Assembly (NCBI GenBank): GCA_964036045.1
Contig: OZ038378.1
Span: 31,930,001 to 31,994,000, forward strand
Length of the DNA: 64,000 nt
Origin: Eutreptiella sp. 'Long Island Sound 2002'
Taxonomy: Eukaryota; Protista; Euglenida
Direction: 5' to 3'
Each line of letters opens with the position of its first letter. The stretch's first letter is position 1. The translations under genes were made by a program, and so were the position numbers. The notes beneath the pieces are model-generated. The model searched no databases. It was given only the letters and a program-made list of their open reading frames with translations, and was not told the origin of the DNA. Positions 49,620-63,010 of this stretch are shown one piece after another.

Positions 49620-52600
49620 GGCGTGTCCAGGCCGACTACTCTCCCGGTGGGCTTAGCGTGAGGCTCCCATGGCCTCCTTGCCCGGGCTTGCATCACTAGG
49701 CAACACACAAACCCCCACAAACGTCCTAACCCCCACACACCCCGCCCACGCTAGCGGCCAAGGCCCACTGGTAGGGAGCCCGGGCCTTGACCAGACCATG
49801 CGGGACGACGCGGACATGGCCGTACTCGACGACAGCATCCGCATCCATCCACACCTTCCCAGCCGCCCTAGGACTTGCACACACCGCCACTAGCACCGTG
49901 TGTGCTTCCTCCGCCTTTACCAGCCACTAAGCCGTCGCCAACCATGTGCCTCCTCCCTCCCTCCCAATCTGCAGCCCCGTAACCCTGTTGTCAATGCCTC
50001 CATCCCTTGACCCTTGCCCCGTTGCCGGCAATTCCCCGGCCTAATGCGCACCCGAGATCCGCCTTGCGGAGTCTTGGCCTACCACGGCTGCTGGCTATAG
50101 TGACGCCATTGGGCAGCCGCACCTCATGGTCACCAACCAAGAGTCCGCCACACACGTTGAAGCCTTCCACCCCAACAACGCCATGCTTGGGGCCCTTTGC
50201 GTGTTTTGGATGGTGGCCGCCGAAGCCCTACCCCTGGACATCGGCACACTGCAGCAAAGGGATGCCAATTTCCACTGCCCTAGGAACACGCTAGAACACC
50301 CAATTTCGTTCTAGCCTAAAACGCTTCGGTAGAACGTTCTAGCCCAGACTAGATCGATACGGAACGATAGAACGTGAACCAAGAAGTGCCATGTTCTTCG
50401 TTGTCCAGTTGCGCATATGGCCCAAACCAACTCAAGGCCAAGGCCAACCTCCCCCCCCCCCCCCCCGGGAGATAGGGGTCGCGACCCCTATGGGAATGTG
50501 CCAGGTGTGGGGGATACCCGGTATGTCCCTTGGGCGGAGGGGGGCAACATGGGGGACAATCAGCCAAGTGACAGTGTTGGGGGATTGGGATGAGGAGCTT
50601 CGCCCCGAGGAGTGGTGGTTGATGTTGCAAGGGTCGGAGGGGGGGCACACGAAGGAGGGAAAGAAGGGGAAGAAGAGGAAGAGAGAGGGAGTGGGGGAGG
50701 GCCACCTTCTGGGTGCCGGGGACCTCCTCTTCCTGGCCCGGGAGGAGGTGGAGGCCTACCTCCAAGAGGCCTTGGAGGAGAGCGATGGGAACAACGGGGA
50801 CGACGAGGGAGGCGGGGGTGACACCAAGGGGAAGTGCGGTGACAAGGGGGTGACAAGCAGGGCGAGGAGCCTCGTGAGGAGGGGTGACAAAGGAGGTGAG
50901 AAGGAAGGGGACACGGGGGGTGAGAAGGGGGGTGCCGGGAGCAAGGATGCGCCCCGGCAGCCCCTCACCACGCGAGGGCTAGCCTGAGTGTCGCGACTCG
51001 CGAAAGGGGGGCAAGGGGGCTTTGGGGGCTAATGGGGCTAACCGTGCTATCCGGGGTAACCCACCACCAAAGGACCCGGTGGCGGCCCGCCAAGTGATCT
51101 TTCAAGTGACCTACGGGGTAGGGGGCTAACCAGGCTAACCGGGGGTGGGAGGGGGGGGGGGGCGCTCCATGAGTCGGGTTCAGCATCAGGACCCTGTGAT
51201 TGGCCAGTCCTAGCCATGGTAGCCGGGGCAGCTTCACTTTGAGGAGTGGCGGAGCATTCATTGATGTCATTCTAGCGTTGTTCTAGCGAAGCGTTCTAGC
51301 GACATTCTAGCGAGCGCTAGCGGCGCTCGCTAGAACGTCGCAACAACGTCGCTAGAACAGCATTTTTCTCCTCTCCACTTTCAGGTCAAAACGGTCACAG
51401 CGTGAAAAACATACCCTAGCCCCCCGAGTACGGATAGGGGGGTCCAAGTTGCACCCCTCATATCACCCACCCTTCACCCCCACAGGTTGGGGTACCCACC
51501 AACTTTTTTTCGTGCTAGCCTTCTAGCGCCATCTAGGCTAGAACGAAAGTGGGTCTTCTAGCCTGTTCCTAGGGTGGAGCGCGTACTAGGCTGCGATATG
51601 CGACTTGGTCCCGCACGTGGCACTAGCTCCGTGCGATGCGTCCCACCAACTACAACAGGCTGCGGCCGCCCACATCACCCCATTCACCGATGCCCCCCAA
51701 TTCGATTGACCGTGTTCCCCTCATCCATTGGCTCCTCTCTTGGCATGCATCGCATCAAAAGAAACCCCTCAGCTGAAAGACCACACCCCAGGGCGACACA
51801 CGCTTGCCCGCACCCCTACCCCCTCTCCACACAGCAATGGAACGCCGAGGTCGTCGGCTACAAGTCCGCCCTCTCATTCCCCGGAGTGTTGTCCCGCGGT
51901 GCCATGAAGCGGGCGGAACTTGTAGGCACCTCCTCTTGGATGGAGCTGCTATCAAAGTAACTGCTCACCCAACGCGGCACACAAGCGTGCTCCACCTACT
52001 TTACTTGTGATATAGAAAGCCTAGCAACTGCCCCCGACAGCCAGGCAGCGCACGTCGCACAATCCGTCCGAGTCCTATCCTTCCTACAAAGCACCATGAC
52101 TACCCTCCTGTGAGTGAAAAATAGCCCCTCCCTAGCATCGACCGTGAAGACCCAATGGTACGCCTCCCCCACCAACCTTTGCCCTCTCCTCAAACCGAAC
52201 CCGCTGGACCTAATCTCCACCGTTGGAAGCCTCCATGGTTCGTCGGTGTTGGAGTCCCACAAACTGGCCGCCCTCCAAATCCTCCAGCCCCAGCTGACGC
52301 CAGCGCCGCGCGACATGACCTAGTATGGTCCTCCGTCAGAGCTGCTCTTCTCGCAGCCCGCCCCACCGCCCGCCCCCCCCCCCAACCCCCCCAAGCCACG
52401 GACCTATTTCTAGCCGTCTGAGACTAGGTCTCTTTCCTAGTGGCCGTCTTCGTCGCCGTTGAGGGCACCACTCGCCCCCGGTGCCTTGACTAGCTGGTCA
52501 CAAAGGTCTGCTCCTCCCTTTAGCCATCCACCAGCCCAGCACCCACCCACGCCTGGTTCAAGAGGTGCACATCCTTCCTGCCCCCGCTCATGCCCCCTCC

Positions 52601-55600
52601 TAGCCAGGCACCAACCCACCCGCACTACCCAACCTCACAGCCGCTAGGTCCAAATCCAAATCTCTCCCCCCAAGCACCCGCAACCCCTCCTGCAGACCTC
52701 CTACCTCAATCACTCGTGGAAGCCCCCTAGGTGATCAGTCTCAGAGGCCCACACTATGTGCCAGATGCCACACAAGCATCCATAGCTGTCAGCCACCATG
52801 CCTGGAGCTGCCATCACCACCCCGGCCCAAGCCCTCCGCAAACGCACCAACTTCGTAGCCATCCCCACCGGCCCGTTTGGCTCCCTCCTTGCGAGCACTC
52901 CCACCCGCACCTACGTTGACCCACACCATCACAGTACGATCACCTTGGACTCCCGCAAAGCCAAGAGCGAGCCCTTCTTCCTCCCCGAGAGCGAAGTGAA
53001 GCCGCCTCCCAAGAAACGTACCAATCTAGCCAAGAACCTCCGCACCAAGCGTCCACTTGGTGAGATGCCGACGACAACACACACACACACACCCAAGTTT
53101 TATAGCCTCGCCCAGTGCTAGCGCAGCGCCCTCCGCCACAGTGCACACACCCTGCATTTACGAAACAATGTCCCACGCGAAACATCCCCCACACAGCACA
53201 ACGGTTCACCCTGTTCCAAGGGCCCCGCATGAGCAACAGCCCCCACCCAGCACACTAGGCCACCCCCTTCCAAGTGTCCCGCGTGAACACATTGGCCCTA
53301 CCCCTTTGTCTGCCGCGTGGGGCCCTCCCGTCCACCCCTCTGACCAAGCTCGCTCTTGATTGCGCTGGTGCCCATCCCCATCATTATGACCCCTTGGGTT
53401 TCTCACCCCAACTGACTTCCCTCCTTGCCTAGCTACCGTCGACGTCACCCTAGCCCCTAGCCCCAAGCTCGCCACCGGACCTCTCCTTCACACCTGCATG
53501 ATGGTGATGCAACACCATTGCCATCCCCATCCCTAGGGCCGAGCCCTGCCCCCTCTGCAGCGGGTCTCGCCACGTCCTCTTGCCCCCCCCCCCCCCGATA
53601 ATTCCCCACTCTCCTCCTTCACCTCCCAAATCACAACTACCTTGCCTCATCCACTACTCCACCACGTCCCCCTAGACTACCACTTTTGCAAGGCAGCCCC
53701 GACCCCCCCCTGCTACCTCGTGTTTTTGCCACGACCACACCCTCCTCGTCCCTTCGCCAACCCCCCACTCACTCCCCGGGCAAACCAGCAGCACTCCCTC
53801 GACTTCTCTCGAGAGGTGTTCCTCTCTCGGAACATTGGCCATATTGCCTCCCACATTGACCTCGTCGTACATGCGCTTCTAGCATTCCACTTTGATTGCT
53901 TTGTGCTACAAGAACTGTATGCCTTTGAGCCCCTATTTCCCGACGTGCCAGCTGGCTATGCCTACCACACGAGCTCTGCGGAAGGCTGTGGCACAGGGTT
54001 CATGGTCGGTTGGAGACAATCTCTCCAACATCTTGCCACCTGGCCCGGCGTGGAGCATGACAATCTGGACTTATTGGCCTCCACCCTGCGCAAACACACC
54101 TTAATCTTGCTGGACTCAGTGCACACCGACCCCCACCTAGACCACAAGGCCCGGTAAGCTACCCTCCTCAACCTCACCAACCTCACCACCTACCATCCTG
54201 CAGCCCTAGAAGTGGTCAGCAGGGACTTCAACATGTCTCGCGAGTGCACCCACATCCTCTTGGCAACCGCCTGCCATGGCCACCACTGCATACTACACTT
54301 AGGGACAACGTTCCCTACCGACACCCCCACACACTTCTCCTCCCCCAAAGGGTTCACAAAGCCACGTGCAATGATCACGTGCCGACGTCCTCCCGCCGCG
54401 CACGCCCCACAAGTCGCCATTTGTCACTGTCGAACTCATTGAAGGTCTCACGGACATACGCAGCCGGCACGTGATCCGCTGGCGTCATGCTCCACCGGGC
54501 GCCCTACCGTGTTTGCCAGCCCTCATGGACCTCTTGTTGGGCAGCCCCTGCACGTGGCTTCCCGGCCCCAAGACCTACCACCAATTCTTGTGGGCTTCCA
54601 CCCGCCACCGCATCCCCCACCCAAGGCCTTCAGACTACCTTCTACGAGACGCCTGCCTCTTTACAGCCAACCGATGTGAAGCTGACCTTACCTTCGCTAG
54701 TTCCTAGCAAGCATGGTAGCACGCCATGGCGTGGAGCATTCTAGTGATATGCTGCCTGCTAGGCCGAGGACCAACGGCGTGTTCTTCTGTCCCTGCACAC
54801 CCCTAGGCCACTACAGCTGCATCATGCCTCACATCGGAATTGCGCTGCCCTCACCCACCTCCCGTCTGCAAGAGGCCGTCGAGCAAGTACCAGCCATCAC
54901 ATCGCACCGCAGTCACACCCTAGACCGGGACTTCCTCACCGCATGTATGTTCTAGCCAAGTAGAACTGCTACTTCAACATCATCACACCCCTGCTAGCCA
55001 CCGTCATCAGCCATGTGCTTGCAATGGGCCTCGACCCCCAAAACGTCCGCCACTGCGGCCTCTAGACTGAGTCCATCGCCTAAGGCGCCGTCTTGGAACA
55101 TAACCGCATCTAGGCTTTAGTCAAAACGTTTAGCTCCGTCTTTGCGGGCTTGACCACTGCCCAAAGGCGAACCTACACCACCTGCGCCACGGGGGCGTAC
55201 AGAGTGTGCAGTGTCACCTACAGCTCGTCAATGCCGGTATGGATTCCCTCGCCCTGGAGTCCGTCATGATGGGCATTGATAAAAGGAAACCCTTCCCCCA
55301 CCTCCCCCCTCTCCCCACCGCGCCACCACCCCGTCACTCTCACATCCGCCCTCACACACACACAACCGTGCGCGGCCCAAGACATGTTGCTGCACTCCCT
55401 GGAAGTCTTTGGCACCCTCCCCAGTGGTACCTTCACCTACTTGGGGCCACCATGCGACCAGCTTTCCTCACGTTGCCCTTTCAAGCCGCCTTCTATTCCC
55501 ACCTAGAGCACGGCGACAATCACTGACTGGGACTCTACAAATGCATTCCTCCGCTAGCAGTGCAAAGATTGCCGCCGCCTCGACAAGATGGTCTAGCTTC

Positions 55601-57800
55601 CTTGGGACTTTGCGCCGTTGACTACTATGGACGCTTACACGTCCATCCCGTAACCCGGGACGAGTTCACCCCGCCGTACTTTCCCAAAGAGGGGTTTAAG
55701 CACAACGACAACCATTGTGGTGACACATGACAGGTGGGTGAGCCAGCGGTGAATGGCAGCCTCCCCCAACCCATAGATGTCTAGGTGCACGCGAACCCGG
55801 CGGGCATCCCGATCAACGATCTGCTGTACTCCAATGATGGCGGCCTAGTGTGCCCCAAACTCCACGACCTAGTTGATCTCACCCGCCTCTACACCTGCGC
55901 CACGATGGCCAAGGGCGGCCTCATCCGCATGGACGAGCTCCATTTCTTCTCCCTCCGACTCAGCTTCTCAAGTCCCCAATGCCGCAAGGGCTCACCACCA
56001 TCTACGGTGATACCCCCCAACGCATGGGTATCCCACTGTCCAATATTTTGCAACCCCCATATACCTTTGCCAACCTCTCCAAGGAGGTCCAACACATGTG
56101 CTGCTGCGTGGAAGCCGTCCCTACGACCACGATCGCGCCCTCTTGCCCATGCCGGCGTGCTTTGGAGGCGGCTACCCTGACCTTGCACTCCACTTCGCGT
56201 CCCGCTTCTTACTGACGTACACGTAGGCCCAATGTTCCCGAAGGTTGCTTGCTAGTGGGTCTGCCCGCTACCTGAGCACCACTTCTGCCCCAATTAGCGA
56301 GGCTAGCCTCTTGCCGGCGCTTCCCGCGGCCTTTCCCTGCAGATTCCCAATTCCTTGGTTAGCGGTATGCACATCGGATATGACGCAAACCCGGCAATCT
56401 TGCATGCCGGCCAGCACTTTATTGTGTCCAGAAAGGCTACCCTCCGCCGTTGTGATGGCGGTGGCAGGATGGCCTTTTATGCCCCTGATGCCTGGGTCGT
56501 CCTCCGCGCTCGGCACGGCATACGTGCATGTTCCACCCGTGCCAACATGGAATTGATGGCCTACGTGGTGGCCCTCCACTTCCTGCACGTATGGCACGGC
56601 ACCCTGATGTCTGCCTTGGACGGCAATTCGTCCGTCCACCGTGTCTACATTCGTTTCTCCCTCCAATTTACCATCCTCAAGCTCCTATACCGCAACCTTA
56701 TCCCCGCCGTGCTTCGCCTTCGTGCCCACCACGAAGTCTAGGTTCCCGCCCAGCATGGGCACACAAGCCACACCTAGTCGTCCTTCTCAACGGCGTGTCG
56801 CGCTCAGACACCGCTAGAGGTTTTGGCGCCTTGGGCCTAGCTGCCGTACCCGCACCATTTGCACGACCGGCCCCCACCACAACCACCGGCTATCAGAGTC
56901 CATATATACCCCAGGCCTACACCCTAGCTGCAAACTACCTAGCACAATCTTAGTACTGCGGCGTGTGTGCATCGCAGCTCGGTTGCAAACTTGGCTACCC
57001 TTCAAACAACCATGGCACCCCGTACCAACGGTACTCCTTATACTACCGCATCCGGAGTCCTTGTGTTGGGCGCTTGCCATATTGTCAAATACGGGCGACC
57101 ACTTCCTTGGGGATGGCGTGGCCTTGCTTATGGCCACGCTTCACGGGGATGCACCCCTGACTCTCCCGCACCTCCTGCAACCGTACAACCTTCAGCCTTT
57201 GTGGCTTCACGCCACCGCCGGCGTGGGCCACCGCAAGGCCCTCCAACCTAGATCTGCGCCCGCGCAGCGAATAGCCACACCATCAAATCTAAAGCCACGA
57301 CCCTAGTTTGACCACGCAACCCGGGGAGGCAGGGGTAGGACGAGGCCCCGCCGCGCAAAGAGACAACCGCCATGCAGCCCGCAAGCCGGTGGTGGAAGGA
57401 GGAGCACAACAAGGCCCCTAGCGAGAAGGTACCAACACGGGCACGGTCAGCGCCAGGCCCACCTCACCCGTACGACCCGACATGCCCCGCTGGCCCGGAC
57501 AGTAGGCGCTCCTGGCCAACCTACTCCCCACATGCCACGCACATAGGCGCCTCAGCATCCATGGCCCGTTGTGTGCCACCGCGGGGGAAGGGGGGCCATT
57601 AACATTCCGGTAGGCCTTGGGACAAGACAACCGCGACTTGCCCAGCCCCATCGCTTCGACACTAATCGGCGTGCTAACCCTGAGCCCAGGCGTCCGACAC
57701 GAGACTTGTCCCAAACCAAGACAAACCGGGCCAAACCATTATGCACACATGTGCCTTTATATACCATCTATGCACTACAAACTAAAGATAGGGGGGATGT
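49620..57800 (+). mobile_element. Degenerate non-LTR retrotransposon (LINE): ORF1, then ORF2 with APE endonuclease, RT and RNase H
   Basis: APE: FLSRNIGH, DCFVLQE, GTGFMVGW, VSRDFN (53800-54240). RT partly readable: LVKTFSSVF, NAGMDSL, DLLYSNDGGLVCP (55100-55900). RNase H: RMAFY..STRANMELMA..ALDGNS..HG..NGVSRSD (56450-56820). LPHLL near 57170. The plus strand is C-rich throughout. Ends are approximate. Confidence 0.8.
50278..51574 (+). mobile_element. Complete 1,297-bp non-autonomous TIR element with 2-bp TG TSD, inserted in LINE ORF1
   Basis: TG|CCCTAGGAACACGCTAGAACACCCAATTTCGTTCTAGCC...GGCTAGAACGAAAGTGGGTCTTCTAGCCTGTTCCTAGGG|TG. Excision rejoins ..QRDANFH-W-SAY*AAICDLVPH in frame. Confidence 0.9.
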
Positions 57801-60535
57801 GTGCTATTCTTTGTCGCAACACCCACACGTCCTATGGCTGAAGCATGCATGGGGCAGAAGCATCAACACAAATGAAATGACTAGCAATGAAGTATAATGC
57901 CACCACCAAAAGGCACGAGCATGCTTTACATTGTATGACAAAACGCGTGGGACGAACCAAACCCTACTGAAGATTAAATACAGTGAAAGAGCTAATTAGC
58001 ACGATGCAAGAAGTATGAGCCAAGGGCGCCAAAAATGAATAAAATGACCGAAGGATGGCTGTGAAGGCGCGAACCAATGATTGGAGCAGCTCGAATGATT
58101 TGGAATTCATCTTTGGATAACAAATGTTTCATTTTTTTTTTGCCTTCTTTTCAGCACAAAAGCCCCCCGCCCCCACCGCCACCTGCCCTGCATTCAAGCA
58201 GGCCCCCTTGTACTGCAAAGCGATGCCAATATTGCCTAGTTGAAGGGTTTTTGGGTATTTGCATGGGACGAAATGGGTCAAAAGGGGGTCCATATACGCT
58301 TTATATATGATCCATACAGGAAAAATATTTCACACCCCTTTTTGACATGTGACCGCGCAACCCTACCCTGGTAGGTGCACTGTGCGCTTCCCCCACTCCA
58401 TGCTGCCAATGGGGCTCAACCGTGGTTGATAGTGTGAAAGTCGTTTGCAAAAGATCCGCTGGTCATTATTTATCACCACAAAAGTGCCCACTGCATTCCA
58501 TGGCAGTCAAATGCAGCAAATCAAGGGGCTCTTCAAGAAGTCGGCAAAGCAGGTGGTTTTCGCACCTTATGTTGCTGCAGTATGGTGGCCCCTCAAAAAC
58601 GGGTTGTTGAGCCCGGTACTTCGGCGCAAAATGCAGCGGACAACAGTCAAACTTGTTTGTTCATCATCTATGGTGGTCCCCATGCAAAAGGCTTAGACGC
58701 AATTTAGCACATGTTTGAAAGCCGATAAAAAAGGCCCCTACAAGCGAAAAACAAGGATCTCTTTTTCATCCCCCAGAGCGGGTAAAAAAGATGTTCTTTG
58801 GGTTTTCATTCACTTTTTTTGAGTTTTTACATCTCTACCTCAAGCATACCTATCAAACAAGTATTAGAGGAAAGCAAATGAAAGTCACATCGATATCTTA
58901 GGGTGACACAGAGCTGCGGAGAGCGCAGAGCGCTGCAACCCGCTTTTCATGCACCACCACAATCAAAGAGGGGTATGTTGCCGGCATCACAATATAGCCA
59001 TACCTCTTCTTCTTACCTTTAGCCTCGGTGGCCATGGCCTGCTAAGCATGGGTGTGGAACGGGCCTCATATCTTTGCATTCCTTCCGTCAAAACGAAGAG
59101 GTGTTACTTTGACAAACTTCCCTAGGGGTGTCGCAGGCTTCTAGGCTTTCGCAACTGTGGGTGCCATTCAAACATTGCGCATCTTGAACGTGACCATCTC
59201 GGTCATTTTGTGTTTAGTACCGTCATTGGCAAAAAAGCCGACCACAAAACTTTTGGAGCATTTGGACCTCCATGCGCAATCGACCCTTGCATACCTAATC
59301 CAATTCAAAAACATGCATTGCACAAACTCCGACGGGCATTACTACTAGACAATCATTAGTCATTCAGCACACCACACCTAATAGTGAACGCCGAAAAAAC
59401 CATAAACTCACATCGCGGGCAAGTTGCAAGCAATGCAAACGGTTGTGCCAATTGAGTAACAAGGAAGAGCCACACCTCCTGCCCCTTAGTAAAAAGTATA
59501 ATTTTCACATCCCGCGGTACAGAACCAAACACCGACATGACGATGGTACCTTTCTGCAACTTCTGAGAGTAGGAAACATAACTGGGTACCTTACAAGAGA
59601 CGCAATCCGGTAAATAACAGAATTGTGCTCCGTGAATGTGCAAATTGCATGTGCTCCATAGCAATCATAGAAGAGTAATGTGAATAATTGCCACTCTCTT
59701 GTGGCCGCAAGGTCCCTGAAATGCGCTTGAGCACCGAGCATGGGCTGAAAAGAATTCATGGGCTGAACAATGTTGGAACTTGTTCCCTTGACTTAGGCCA
59801 CTAAAACTCCCCCCCCCCCCCCTTCCGTGCCCCACCTTGGGCTTCGAGGGGTCATGCTGGCCCACTGGGCTACACCCTACAATGGGGTATGATTGTTGCA
59901 CCTGGTGGACCCCTTGCACCCGGTAAGGGAAAATGGAGTGTTTTATATTTCAAAAAAGCTACTCCCATGAAAGCACATCCAAGGGAATGTCACTAGATAA
60001 CCATGCATGTATATTGTAAGGGCCTGCTCTCAAACCCAAATTCTGTTACAACATCGAATTTTTCAAGTGTGACACACATCGATCATGCACCAATGCACTG
60101 CATTACAAGCAATAGCGTGGCATACCCCTTACATTCACTCATCGAGCGTATGAGTGCACAACTTGCGTCGACTAACACTCCCTCAAATCAAGTCATTATG
60201 TACAGCGTCTCTATTTGGCAATGTAATACGCCTCGGACCCCAATTTTTTGCGAAACCTTGCGAAAATACAAAAATGCACGATTTTTTTCTTCAAAAACAC
60301 CAAACATGGACGAAATTTCTGCCCACTCAACTGAAACACTCAACTAAAACAATAAAAATGAGGCTTCAAAACAACACCAGCACTTGCGGAGGTACCCTAG
60401 ACAGGGTAGATGAGTTTACAAGTTCAAAATATACCTCAAAGAGGCCAAAATAGGGAAAACACACAATCTGCCGCTTCTTAACCAAACCAATATGCATATG
60501 CTTGGTACGTTGCGATGTGATCTTCATTGCATTGG

Positions 60536-61231
60536 TCTTTGGTGCTTGCTAAACATCCACAGGCGGGCGGGTAGTAGCGGGCGCATACTTGCATGCATGT
60601 GTTTGTTGTGAGGGGCTGAAATGGGCCGCAAAAGAAGTGATTGCCATATTGGTTGTTGTTGTTGCCGTGGGCTGGGGGTGGCCTGTGTGGGAGAACCATT
60701 GGCACAGGGCTTTGGTTTTTTCGACTTGGTAGGTGTGCGCCCCCCCCCCCCCCCACTAACGGTAGTGGATGCTTTGGGGGGGATCACCTTGCTCTTTGTC
60801 TTGTGTGGGCACCTCCTCTTCTTGCTCTATGTACCTCACTCCGGTACAATCCATTGGGAACCCCTCCTCAAGGTCCTCACTCTTTGGTGCTTGCTAAACA
60901 TCCACAGGCGGGTGGGTAGTATATATATATAGCGGGCGCATACTTGCATGCATGTGTTTGTTGTGAGGGGCTGAAAAGGGCCGCAAAAGAAGTGATTGCC
61001 ATATTGGTTGTTGTTGTTGCCGTGGGCTGGGGGTGGCCTGTGTGGGAGAACCATTGGCACAGGGCTTTGGTTTTTTCGACTTGGTAGGTGTGCGCCCCCC
61101 CCCCCCCCCCACTAACCGTAGTGGATGCTTTGGGGGGGATCACCTTGCTCTTTGTCTTGTGTGGGCACCTCCTCTTCTTGCTCTATGTACCTCACTCCGG
61201 TACAATCCATTGGGAACCCCTCCTCAAGGTC
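60536..61231. repeat. Recent near-perfect tandem duplication (60536-60875 and 60881-61231)
   Basis: The copies differ by a short (TA)n insertion, C-run and G-run length, and a few substitutions including CG>TG. Confidence 0.97.
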
Positions 61232-62720
61232 ACCACACGCCCTATCCCAGTTGATGGGTGCCACACAGTCGCAGCTACACACACTAGCCCTGAGAGACGT
61301 AACAAAAGCTTCTGAGCCCACTTGGTCTTCGGAGAGAGATCCCAGAGCTATGTTAACGGGGAACATACTGTGCATTGACAATTCTGCTGCAACGTCAAGT
61401 TGTTGAAGGGCAAACATGATCCATGCGCTATTCTGCTTGACTAAATCCAGGTGACGCGGCAAAATACATACAATTTCAACACGAATGGCACTTGACGGTA
61501 CACTCTGTGTAGACAACATGTATCACGGCAACCATGGAACCAAATTGGTGCAAACTGCAGACGGCCAGTGAAGAGTGCCCCTTGCTGCATCCTGCAAACG
61601 CCTTGGATGGGTTGCAGGTACACGCATCAACACAAAAAATATTCTTTTGAACACACAACCTTCGGATTGCCCACTCATGCACGCACATCTGCAGTTTTCC
61701 CCCATTGCACCAATCGAAATACCATTGGGGAAAAGCCGAGCCACAATATTTTGGACTTCCAGGGTCCACATACATGGGACAACAATAAAATAGCACAACA
61801 GGGGCATTCCGCTAATGAATGTGGACAGTGGGTAGCCATACGATACACCCAAAACGTCCGGTCTACCTATTCCTTCACATCCTTCCCTATTCACAATAGC
61901 AATGTCACCCGGCCCAACACTGATATGCCCACCACCAGGTTTCTAGATATTTGGAGTGCTTCCGAAGCTTGGCTCTCAACCCTTCATAAAGTGGCGAAAT
62001 CCAACCATGACAACAAAGGACCAAGGTGGCCATGGTGACTCCTCCGTCCAGACCCAGCTGCCATACATGTGACGAATATGGGCCATAATCCGACACCGTT
62101 CCTTGCACCTGGTCATTGTACCCGAATTGGCAGCAACACAAAGCAGAATACACAGTGATAAAGCAATATGTATATAAGCAAACACGGGCAATGATGGACG
62201 AAAAATGTGCCAACTTTGACAACAAATCGAAATACGTAGGCAAAATAACAGTAATTCGAAGTAACAACACAGCAGCATACATGTGCTTTGATGAACAAAA
62301 CCCTTAGTAACTGTTCCGGGTGCAAAACGTGCCAACTGCTGATTTGTTCCGTTTAGACACCCTTGATGTCACGTTTGATTCCCACGAACGTACTCTTGTT
62401 GCTAGACATGTACAACACAATACTCGCCTACTAATGAGGTCAAAGGAGGTTCGCAATGTGCAGTTGGTGCAACAAACTTCTGACATTTTTTTTACCGCTC
62501 CTAGCCACACTACCAGCATAGAAGAATTGTGATGCTGCTTTGACTCAGAAGAGTGCAAACAACTACACCAAAAATGTTCGACTCCTCATTCAAGATGCTG
62601 CGCCTGCTTGGTTCGCCTTTCACGTTTTTCAAGAGGACAAGTATGTGGGCAAACATCTTGATGAAGCCCCAACCATGAGTTTTCCAGCAGTGTTGTCCCA
62701 TACTAAGGTTCAAGAGCAAG
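61112..62720 (-). pseudogene. Long Cys-rich degenerate reading frame, unassigned
   Basis: ORFs 62304-62558, 61905-62282 and 61476-61796 share one minus frame. Contains CCTNC..LCCTC. Confidence 0.3.
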
Positions 62721-63010
62721 ATGTTTTAGGCCGGTTAAACATAACTTCGAGGGTGGCACAGCACGGACACATATACCAAATGGTGTGGAGTAGTTTCTAA
62801 GCACGTAGGTGCGAAAACATTCTAATGCGGATCATAGGCAACACACTGTGCAGTACCGAACCATGCATTAACACATGTCCCATCCCACATCCTGCTGGCC
62901 ACATTCTCTTGAGTTTGTGGTACATGGCGTGCAATGTGATGAACTCTATACCTTGCGCTTATTTTTCTTTTCCAAGCAAGGTTTGTGACTAATGTATTTC
63001 AAAATGTCCA

